Below, in pieces: positions 22,564-32,800 of a DNA stretch of 64,000 nucleotides. Each line of letters opens with the position of its first letter. Within the stretch, counting starts at the first letter, position 1. The notes beneath the pieces were generated by a model. It ran no database searches and was not told the DNA's origin. It saw nothing but the letters and a program-made list of their open reading frames with translations. The stretch comes from Guillardia theta CCMP2712 (lineage: Eukaryota > Protista > Cryptophyta), in contig NW_005434666.1 in the NCBI RefSeq assembly GCF_000315625.1, positions 605,877 to 669,876 on the forward strand. The letters run 5' to 3'. Position numbers and translations under genes: made by a program.

Positions 22564-23920
22564 TTAATAGCTTTTGGCGACGGTCGGATCGATCGCCTCC
22601 CTTTTCATCGTCAACCTCTTGGAGGCGTACGCTGTATTCTCTGAGAATAGCCTGAGATGTGTTACATCTGGAAGATTCGCACAGCATTCTTCACCATCTG
22701 TGCAAATCACGTAGCGTTTTGATTTTTTTGGCCCAAGGGCTGTTTGGCAAGAAATTGGGGAGCGACTTCTTCTCCCTCTCCAGGCGTAACTCAAGCACCT
22801 GCTCCGCTTGTTAGCCAAACGTTGCGCTCCGCACAACACTGATACATCACTAGTCAACCCTGAGTCAACAGAGACGTATTCTAATGTGTATCCCTGAGTT
22901 GAAAAGTTTCATGATTGAGCAATGTATGGTAGACGATCACGATACCCCATTATCGGCCCTGTCACTCGGCACGCTGAACACATGATCGAAAACCTGCAAA
23001 AAACAAAAAAAACATCATTCAACACCGAATTCTGATCATCATTTGCCTGTGGAATGATCCACAACTTACTGCTTTGCACCTTGGCATATGCCAGAAATTA
23101 TTGATGACGACAAGACGGTACAGTGAAAGAACATCCGTATGCAATGCCCGAACGAAATATGCGTTGCCGACTGTCTGATGAGGGCACGGCTCTCAGATTT
23201 AGTGACAGATGATGCCCTAAAAAATACCTCCAAGCTTGCACTCTCCTCGAGAATGTCTGAAGGGTCCACACCATGCTCAATTAGCCACCTTGTCATCCCA
23301 CCAAATCAGGGTGAAGAAAGCCATGTTTATACATTCACAAGACTTACTTTGCGTTCATGCTGGATTCATGGATTTCAAACCCACGATCATCTAAGGGAGA
23401 AGGCTTGTGGGGGGTTCCCCTGCCTTGTGTGATGATGTACGGCTTCGGCGATCGAGAATTGTAACTTGTAAGCAATCACATTACTCGTGCAGAAGAGTTT
23501 GGAAGAATTTGTTTATCTCACATTTGAACAGCCTTTTCAAGCCTTAGAACGACATGTGGAGGTGGTCCTGTCGCTGTTTGCCCGCCTCCAGCAACAATGA
23601 TCGCATCAATATCATCTCTGCCAATCACGGCAGAATCAGAGTCTCTTCAAGTAGCAGAGAACAAGGACAGTGAGTTAGAATGTGGGAGGGGAATCACCTC
23701 CCTCTGGTGCTTCGAGATTTGGGAGAGTCTAGGACCTGAACATCCATTCACAGGTCTGCCTTAAAGTGTTCGAAGAGAATGCTTCGAAGGAGACAGCATA
23801 GCCTACCTGTCGGTAAAAGAGAGCAGCTGAAAACAATGCGACTGTGATGAAGAATAGCATCGGGGTGAAGTTCAAAATTTGCTTGCTCGAAAGCAACGAT
23901 CGCCACCATGGTTTCACCAT
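22564..23920 (-). CDS. DUF218 (YdcF/ElyC/SanA-like) protein with an N-terminal transmembrane helix
   Basis: Exons read DAIIVAGGG...VLRLEKAV, WLIEHGVDPSDILEESASLE|TVGNAYF and NNFWHMPRCK. Confidence 0.75.
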
Positions 23921-24284
23921 TCACGTTTCAAAGCTCCTTGGTTCGCCTGCCTAGCCACGTGTTTCAATCAAAATCTCAAGTAGCACGATCCAGATCCAAC
24001 CTCACGCCTCCACGAAACAGCGATGGTCTTGAGTTTTCTCTCTTTCTTGGATCAGATCATGTAGACATCATATTTATCTCGTTGATGCATATCACTTCAC
24101 TCGCTGTACCTTCCCTGCCTCCTCCAAATCTGTTCGATCCTGCTCCACCACGCCATCGTACGGACTGTCGGTAGCTGGGATCAGCACCCCTCTCTCCCAG
24201 CTACTAACCACCCCTTACCAGTTTTCACTGACCCCTCCTCTTTCAATTTTGCTTGCGGGCCAACCCCGACGCACGCGTTGTTTC

Positions 24285-25208
24285 ATGGTCGGGATGAGTC
24301 GCTGGGTAGTGGTTCTGGTTGTGGTAGCGACATGGGGAGGATGTGCGACAGGCCTTACGTTCAATGTCGATCCTGGGAAGGTGAGAGAGGGTTCCCTTGT
24401 GTCATGACTCCTCCATGCCGTGAACTTCTCTGTGAATGCGCGCGCTAAATCATCTCCATGGCAGGATGAGTGCTTGTTTGAAGACATTCAAGGCGCCACT
24501 CGTGTCAGCGGGTCGTTCCAGGTCACAAATGGAGGGTTTTTAGATATTGATGCTAAGGTGAACATCCCTTGTTGTATCCTGCAAATTATCCTTTCCAGAT
24601 TGATTTGTTACGCAGGTTACTGGACCCGATGAAAAAACTATCTATAGTGTCCAGAAGGAGACTGAGGGAAGATTCACTTTCATGTCACACGAAACAGGGA
24701 CGTACAGATTTTGTTTTGGCAACTCCATGTCAACTGTAACCCCGAAGACTGTGTCCTTCTCGCTACTGGTTGGGGAGGATACACAGCAAGCAAGAGTTGC
24801 GAAGTCCGGTGAGGCGATGCTTCGGAAATGTGCTCGCTTATTCTTGTTTTCGTGAAAGAGCATGTCACTCCACTCGAAAAGTCGGTCATGGCACTGGCTG
24901 AAGGGCTCCAGCAAATCCAAACAGAGCAAGAGTACATGAGGATGAGGGAGCGAGCGCACAGAAACAGTACTTGCCCTTTCTTCTTAGAAAGACAAAGATG
25001 TTGACTTGATGCATTTTCCTCAGCGTCTGAATCTACAAATGCTCGTGTTCTTTGGTGGGCTCTAATTGAAGCAGGAGCATTGCTTCTTATGAGTGTGATT
25101 CAAATTGTTTATCTTCGAAATTTCTTTGAGGTGATCCCTTGGACGTTATTTGCCACCCTGATGTTTGTAAATACGCAGAACAAGAGAGCATCAAATCGCG
25201 GGGTGTAG
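24285..25208 (+). CDS. TMED2: p24 family cargo receptor (emp24/TMED2-like, GOLD domain)
   Basis: Signal peptide; DECLFEDI...GGFLDID; GTYRFCFGNSMSTVTPKTVSF; EQEYMRMRERAHRN|TSESTNARVLWW; YLRNFFE. Confidence 0.88.
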
Positions 25209-25443
25209 GGATAAGGGCTTGAAAGCCTGTGTCATTATGTTTATTTGCTGGTTGTTAACCTATGAAAGGATTCTTTCTGTTACCTCGTTTCAAGCTGCCA
25301 GTCACAATTATTGCATGAGCCACAGCGTACAACATAGTTGCGTCACGCCAATGTCTTCCACGCACAGAAGCATATAAGACATGAGAGTGTGTTGATGACA
25401 GCGCATAATGTTAAAATTACTCTAATGTTCATGAGATGGCACA

Positions 25444-26288
25444 CTACAAGATGATTTGCTGGTCTTGGCGGTCCTGTAAAGCTCGGTGAGCGACATCCAG
25501 CTTCTCCACCGAAATAGACGCCATGCCAGAGCTCTCGCTCTGCGGGCTCTGCCCTTCCATGGCTTGAGAGATACTCCTTGTTCTGCAGTCATGGGTCATG
25601 CATGAAACGGGTTTGAGAGGCTCACATGATGTTCAAAGGTAGGTTGCAGATGAAATCCGAGAGATCAGCTTGCACTTGCAATGGGTTTGATGTTGGACTG
25701 ACATTCTCTTCATCAATTCTCCTTGCTGCTGCAAAATCGTTTCTCTGAAGATCCCTAGAGTTCCGCTCAGATTGTGCCGGCTGAGCAAAACTTGTTAGCT
25801 ATACAGATGAACTTGGGGTCTTAGTTGCTCACACACACCTTCTGAGGACTGACTGGAGAAGTTGCCTGCTGTCGGAGGAGAGCGACTCGATGCAGTGTTC
25901 TCTTGAGCCTTTGACTAGCGTCATCTTTGTTGAAAACTTCAGTCTGCTCCGACGATTCTCCCTCTAGGATTCCTTTGTGGGTACTCGTTCCTGCTGCCCT
26001 GCTCGACAAGTTGCCTGAAGGAGATTCACAATCTGTCTTTGCCATGGTGGTGCAACGAGGGCCTGGGCTGGGAGGCTGTGGACATGAAAGTGAAGGACAC
26101 GCAAAGATGGCAGGTGCTTCGACTCGGTCATGATCACATTTGCAATCATTCAGTTCAGAGCTGTTGGTAGCTGGCTGTGCACTAGCATGCCTAGCGAGAC
26201 TGATTGTCTCCTTCTTGTCGATGACTCTTAGCAGAGGATTGTTGGAGAAAAGTACTTGCCCCCCACTTGCTGCCGCCTCGTTTGCCAT
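25444..26288 (-). CDS. Hypothetical low-complexity protein (start may lie further upstream)
   Basis: ORF 25821-26288 plus downstream exons ending ...ALQDRQDQQIIL*; no family recognised. Confidence 0.4.
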
Positions 26289-26794
26289 GATGGTATCTCT
26301 GCACTTTCAACCTGGTACAGTCAAGCTCTCCTTCAAATGACAAGGTTGATGAATTGTGTCATACTTGCAATGTCAAACACCCGCTGAATCCTGACAGCAC
26401 TCAAGCTGCTCTCAGCTTAGCAACAGCTCGCAGTGACTTATGCTCCCGCTCCTGCTGCTCCCGCTCCTGTGCTCCCGCTACTCAGTGACGCCACTGAGGC
26501 TGCAGCTCTGCTTTGCCAGCCTGCCCCTCACACCCAGGGCCCCTGCTCAACCGCCCGGGCCGTTCCCGCCTTTACGGTGCGGCCCGCCCCGCCGGGCCCC
26601 GGGGTCCCATAGCCGGGGACGGTTCGGCCCCGCCGCCACTCTGGCCACAGTGACTGGCTTCCCGCGCCGCAGGGCCTTGTGCCCCGGTACCGCAGTGGCA
26701 CCCTACACTGGCAGTGACTCTTTGCCTTGGGAAAGCACCATGTCAGTCAAGGACGACTTTTCCGAATGTACGGCCGCGCAGTCTTCTCTCCGTG

Positions 26795-26896
26795 ACTTAA
26801 CTTTGAGTAAAAGTTTTAACTTAACTGTCCGGCCGGGGCTGATGTCTGGGCCCCTCCGGACCATCATCCTCAGGCACGGTTTACTCAAAGTTAAGT
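26795..26896. repeat. 17-bp perfect inverted repeat with a 68-bp spacer
   Basis: acttaactttgagtaaa (26795-26811) and tttactcaaagttaagt (26880-26896). Confidence 0.9.
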
Positions 26897-27276
26897 TAAA
26901 AATCAGCCCACTTGCTCCCTTGTTCCAACTGCCGGACCTCCAGAGGTCAACCACCGGTACCTCATCCTGAGTTGCTACCCTTTCTGGGCTGGCAGCTTAG
27001 TCAACGAAGACTTTCCACGGGGGTCAGCCATTTCATTTATTGTCTCCAATAGGATTTCTATGGGGTTGGGTGCAGCCTTGGAAGAGGAGAACCCCTACCC
27101 CACCACATCTCCACTCCATTTACTGGCTGGTGTTGATGCTCGCAGGTAAGACATACCTAGTCTGCAAGGGGCAGAGGGTGAATGGGCGGGAAGAGCAGGG
27201 CTATGGAAGGAAGAATGCAAGCTATGTAGCTCAGATGAACTCGTGATAGCCTGTTGATCGGGTTCAGTCTCAAGGG

Positions 27277-29829
27277 ATGGAGGAGCACTGGAAGATGGGG
27301 TTCGGAGCATCTGGAGAGCGGAGATCCAAGATCATCCCTGGCGACATCGCCCCCCACGTGCTGCCAACCATGAAGAAAGACTTGGATCATGGAGACTGGA
27401 GGAAAGCTCTTGAGACCGGATGTTCGCTTTCCATCATTTTGCATACCAGCAGCCAACTATCAGAGTTGATTGCATTCCAATTGATGTTCCAGGAACTCTT
27501 TAAAGCATACTTCCATGAGAGAACAGCAAGGTTACATGAATGCTTAAAGAACAAGGAATTGATTGTCGCGAGGGAGATGTCAGATAATCTTCTAGGAGCT
27601 TCACAGCTTGCAGAGTACTGCGGAACCCTCAAAAACGTAGCATACAGGTTTGTCAAAGTTGACAACGAACTTTCGTTGAAATCACGAGACAACGCGTATC
27701 TTCTTTGGATTCGCTACATGAAGAAGAAGATCAAACGATACAATGATCCATTTGATATCATGAGCATGAATGCAGTCGTCCAAAGGTATACATCGTCGCT
27801 GCAAGCTTGTTGCAGACGATTTTTAACATGGACATTGTGCAAAACTTTACCAGAATGTCTACAAAGAAATCGAATAAGGTCTGCATACATCATCGTCGTC
27901 AGAAATCGACAACATGCTGCTGAAGTCCTTGGAGGATTTATCCGGCGAAGTCTTCTGGCAAGAAAGTTATTGCTGCTGCAAGGAATAGTCCAAAACAATG
28001 CTTCAATCGAAATACGATCGATAAATGAAGACATGCTGGGCAAAACAAGAAAAAATACTCACAGAAACATTATCCACGACATTAAAACCGAATATGTCAG
28101 GCTGCAGCAAGCCGAACAAGTTCAGCAAGAGGATCTCCAGCCGAAGTCAAAACGGTACCTGAATTTGGACTCAATCCCCGCTGAAGATTTGGGCACCTTG
28201 GTCGGCCTGGACGTCAGGCCAGAGGTCGGCATGAGAGTTCAGATAGCCAAGTCAGCTCTGACGGAGTACCCGGAGCTTGCGGAGGACTCTAGCGGAGGCT
28301 TCGGTACGATCACCTGGGTAGATCCGGAGGATGCGGACGGAGACGGCGAGACGGGGGACATATGCGAGGTCGTGTGGGACAAGACGGGGAAGACGGGAGA
28401 CTACAGGACAGGGTTCGAGGGAGACTTCCGGCTTAGCGCGGCAGCAGGGTACAGAGTAAGGAACGAGGGACAGGACTACTTGGACGCATCTGATGGGTCA
28501 GGAGAGAGCTCTCAAGTTGATGACGAGGTGTCAGTCGGATCGTCTGATGGAGAAGGAGTTGCAGGCTTGGCTATCGCCCGGCACATCCGCGCGTTCATTG
28601 CTCGACTTGAATTCTCGATCGTCAGAGATTTGAACTTGATCACTTCGATCGGCCTGGGATTCGGACAACCTTTGTTGCAGACTTATTGCTTGAGGTTGCA
28701 ATCTGTCTGTAAAGGCCATATCTCTCGTCGCAAGACTTGGGCGAGGTTGTCAGCAGGTCACATCTTGGATGTATGTATAGACCTTGCTGTGTGGAAATCA
28801 GACGAGAAGTTTCGGAAAGTCGAGATCTCGAGAGGTAGATATCTGATAAGAATCATTCTCCGCTCTTGGTGTAACATTTGTAAGGAAAAGAAAGCCACTC
28901 GAGGAAGAGGAGCAGTCATTCGATACAGACATAGATCACGTGAATTGAATCGTTGGTTCACCGACTGGTTGGACTTTCATCAATCCTTCCTTGAAAAATT
29001 GCCATTGGTGAAAAATCTGATGGATATTGGTTGGAAATTTGTGGTATATCAAAGACTTACGCATTACTTCTTCTCCGTTTGGCATTCAAATGTCAATAGG
29101 AAGATGTTTTTAAAGGCAATGTTTCAAGGGATATCTTCCCTCAGCTCAAGGTACATCCAAAGGAAATATTTTGATGCCATGAAGGCACATCTCGAGAAAT
29201 ACCACAGTACATTGGCAGCATTGGAAGTGATCAGTGGTAGAAAGCTATCCTTGCATTGGATACAAGTCCTGGCGGCCTGGCACGATTTGGTCTCAAGGTC
29301 TCGGGCGATGAGGAATGTCTCGTTGACCTTGCTCCGAGCCTGGCAGCAGGGCCTCGTCAGCTCCCATCTCAAGCATTGGAGGTACCATGACTTGCCTGGG
29401 CAGCAAACTATCACCAACGCCGAGATCTCAACCCTCAAGTTGAAACTCAGATACGCCAACGTCACTTCCAAGACCAAGGGCTTGCTAGCAAGATTCATAC
29501 AGCCAAAAGCAAGAAGCTTCCTGCCGGATGTAGCAAGAAAGAGGGTGAAGGAGCACAAGCGTTCAGCCAGCAAGATGAACACTCTTTTCTTCGATGACTT
29601 GAAGCACGGTAAGGGTGAAACCCCCGCTTTGAACTTGTCTCTTTCCCTGGACGGTGGCGGGAGCAGAAAGAAAGAGTTTGAAAATGAGTTTTGGACGCTG
29701 AGATCGAATGCTTACTTGTCTAATCAAGAGTTACTTCCGAGCCGTCAGAGGAGGCCTCTTCCGAAGTATACTTCTAGCCTCCCTTCCATCTTGCCTAAAC
29801 TAACAGTCGATTCATTTTCTTTGCTTTAA
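27277..29829 (+). CDS. Protein of about 850 aa with IQ-like motifs, a MIB/HERC2-like domain and Trp-periodic Sfi1-like repeats (small upstream exon likely at about 27136)
   Basis: VGMRVQI...GFGTITWVD...CEVVWDKTGKTGDYRTGFEGDFRL; LQSVCKGHISRR; periodic RSW, FTDW, FSVW, LAAW, LKHW. Confidence 0.6.
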   Translation: MEEHWKMGFGASGERRSKIIPGDIAPHVLPTMKKDLDHGDWRKALETGCSLSIILHTSSQLSELIAFQLMFQELFKAYFHERTARLHECLKNKELIVAREMSDNLLGASQLAEYCGTLKNVAYRFVKVDNELSLKSRDNAYLLWIRYMKKKIKRYNDPFDIMSMNAVVQRYTSSLQACCRRFLTWTLCKTLPECLQRNRIRSAYIIVVRNRQHAAEVLGGFIRRSLLARKLLLLQGIVQNNASIEIRSINEDMLGKTRKNTHRNIIHDIKTEYVRLQQAEQVQQEDLQPKSKRYLNLDSIPAEDLGTLVGLDVRPEVGMRVQIAKSALTEYPELAEDSSGGFGTITWVDPEDADGDGETGDICEVVWDKTGKTGDYRTGFEGDFRLSAAAGYRVRNEGQDYLDASDGSGESSQVDDEVSVGSSDGEGVAGLAIARHIRAFIARLEFSIVRDLNLITSIGLGFGQPLLQTYCLRLQSVCKGHISRRKTWARLSAGHILDVCIDLAVWKSDEKFRKVEISRGRYLIRIILRSWCNICKEKKATRGRGAVIRYRHRSRELNRWFTDWLDFHQSFLEKLPLVKNLMDIGWKFVVYQRLTHYFFSVWHSNVNRKMFLKAMFQGISSLSSRYIQRKYFDAMKAHLEKYHSTLAALEVISGRKLSLHWIQVLAAWHDLVSRSRAMRNVSLTLLRAWQQGLVSSHLKHWRYHDLPGQQTITNAEISTLKLKLRYANVTSKTKGLLARFIQPKARSFLPDVARKRVKEHKRSASKMNTLFFDDLKHGKGETPALNLSLSLDGGGSRKKEFENEFWTLRSNAYLSNQELLPSRQRRPLPKYTSSLPSILPKLTVDSFSLL

Positions 29830-29857
29830 CAATTGCTTTAAGATTGAATGAAATGCT

Positions 29858-32800
29858 CTACTCCAGGGTCAATGCCACACCTTGAAGAATCCAGTGCGAA
29901 ACATGATGATTAGTGTCCAGATTCGCTTCGAAAACCAGCCCGACGCCCATGGCGTTCCTTCGAAGTGAAGTGACGTAGACTGGAGTCTTGAGCATCCCCT
30001 GCAGCTTCACGCGATGCGCCTCGACAGGGATGACTTGGAGGATGGGAAGCGGCTGCACGAGAGTTTTCGGCAGCTGCCTTACCAACCTGCTCTCCTTCAG
30101 ATCCCAGGAGGCTCCCTGCAGGTACAAGCCTTGCACGTAGCATCCGAACTCTAGACGACTTCCCACCTGCAAACGAGCAAACGTCAGTAGATGTCACACG
30201 GGAAACCTGGCGGTCAGTCACCTCAGTGGGGCTCATCATCTGAGTGACTTTGGTGTAGAGCGTGCTCTTGTCTAGCGCCCACTTCTTCATACGGCAGGTC
30301 GTCTGAACAACAGCGGCGAGGTAGGTGGCGGGGATGTGAAGCCCCGAGAGCCACATGACCAGCGGGTCTTGTCCCTCCGCAGCCCATTCAGCGTACTGAT
30401 CCTGACGCCTCAAGAACATCTCAACCCACTCGCCCAGGGATTTCTCGGTCTGAGGAGTGAGCTTGCTCCAGGAGCCAGGGAGAACGCCGTTGAACAAGGC
30501 GGTCGAGAGCTCTTCCAACGTGGATGACATGCCAACCTCCCCGGACAGAGCGCGAAGGAGCGTCTTCAACGAGGAGCTCATGGTGCGCAGCAAGCGATTC
30601 CAGTGATCGAGCTCTTGCAGCAGAACTACTTGTGTAGGAGACGGTGATGGCAATGTCTTCCTCAGCTTCGGCATGTCGAACAGCTCAGGGATCTTTGACA
30701 CGATGTCGTTTGCGACAGCGCCCACGACCTCCTCTCGTGTGGCTCCTTCGCTCCCTGCCGACGTCCGAGGCTGCAGCTCTATGAGGTTGGACAAGATGTT
30801 TGCACTGGCCTTGTTCAGGTAGTCGATCTCAGCGTTTGAGTGAAGCCCGAAAACCTCCGGGCCCGACAGCAAGGGAAGAGCCTCGATGAAGGCAGCATAT
30901 TGGTCCCTGTCACTGTCAGAGTCCGGCATCCCATACTGCACTTTGCTATCCTGGTAGAAGAAGAACTTCTGCGTGATGTCAAAGAGAAAGTCTCCGAAGA
31001 ACTCTTGCATGTAAGTCGTCAGTATTCTTCTGTCGTAGCTGTCGGTGACTCTGCCTCCGTAGTGGACTTCTCCCACCAGGTATCGAAGAGTGTTCCATGG
31101 TATTTGCTCATCACCGTTTTCTATTTGTTTGGTGAGGTAGGTGTTGAGGAGAGAAAAGCAGACGCGGAAATCCGACTCATTGAAGTCATAGGGCACATTC
31201 CATCCCAGCTTGCCGAACTTCCTTCTCTCCTGCACAACAGCGTGCAGGAAAGCAAGAACGTAAATGAGAGGGCGGAACGCCGGGTTGGGACAGGAGGCGA
31301 GGGAGTCTTCGGTGATCTTACTCCAAGTGCTTCGGAGGTTCAACTTCAGCCCGTTGGGCGGCTCTGTCACCACCTTGAACGACTGCTGCAGGATACCGAG
31401 CGGGAAGGCGTCGGTGGGGTCGGTGGTCAACCAGAGCCTGAAGTCCTTGTGTGGCTTCTCGAAGAGCTTCTCCAGGATCTTCTCGAGCGTTTTGAGCCAC
31501 TTGGGCAGGAGATGACAGTTCTGGAGCAGCACCCAGAAGCCTCTGTTGGCTCCTGTCTCCAGCAGGTTTGCTGCGATGGGCCCTTGTCCCTGCCCGAGGG
31601 AGACGTACTTGAGCTTAGGAGGAGCCATGCCCTCCGTCTCCGCAAGCTCGAAGATGCTGTAGGCCGGATCGGCTCCCGGGGACAGCACGAAGACGACGGG
31701 AGTCTTGGGGCTGGACTGTGCGAGCACCTGCTTGTAGTTGAGCACAGGAGGCTGGACGTATCCCTCCCCCAAGTTCTCGATGACAAACTTCTGCACGCAA
31801 TTTTGTATTCTGTCGGCACGGAAGCATTTGACGATGCAGCTCTTCTCGAAGCCGTTCAAGTCTTCCTTGTCAAGCATGTCGATGTTGTGGTTCTCCGGGT
31901 CCTCCAGGTCATACCAAGTTTTCCACGTCTGCTCGTTCTTTGTGACCAAGTTGACCATGCTGGCGAACTTAGGTCTCAAGGTGGTCAGTTGCAGCAAATC
32001 TTTCCAGCCTTGCTGGGGGATCCAAGAAAAGGGTTTTTGGACAGCTGCTTCACTGAGAGATGTGTTTCCACGAAGGAAGAAGTCCAAAAGCTTCTCGTCC
32101 ATGTTCTCATCGCCTGCCAATATCTTGACAGTCATATTGAAAGAGAACATTAGTTTGTGCGTCTCGAACAATCCGTAGCAGACGTAGTCATAGAACTGCT
32201 GAGTCAACGTCTTGATGATGTTTGCCAGCCGAGCATTGAGATCCGAATCTTTCTTTGACCTCTCGAGGGCGGTGACGAAGACTCCGAGGAAGGACGAGAG
32301 CGAAGTCTCATACATGGGGTTCAGTGACGAGAGGCCGGAGAGTGAGAAGAAGAGGATTGAGCCGCGCTTGGCAGCTGTCAGATATTTGCTTCGAGCTACT
32401 CCAATCTCCTCTGTCGTTTGCCTTGCTTGCTCGAGTTTCAACCCGATCTCCGTGGCGGAAGTCTTACACGAGTCAAGGGTTGATATTAGCTCTGCGTTGT
32501 CGAGAATGTTGCCCGACGAGGACGCAAGTTCCCTCAGAAGCGTGTCTTCCAGCTTCTTCTGCGTGGCCTTGTTTTTGCTGACCTCCTCCACCAGCTCCAG
32601 CCTTTGCGCCTCGAGATCCGGACGTTCATGTCCCACCACGACATTCAGAAGCTGTTCCTTCAGTCCTTCCAAGGTGACGGTGAAGTTGATGATGCTGGCC
32701 TTACCGAACACCTCAGGGGTGTAGTGAGGGTTGGAGAGTTTAGTGGTCATGTAGAGGCGGAAGGAGGGGTCCCAGTCGATCTCCTTGTCCCCGAGCTTCA

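Noticed and set aside
26440-26970. 176-aa ORF with a hydrophobic start
   Set aside because: It runs through a GC-rich intergenic patch and an inverted repeat, and has no protein-like motifs.
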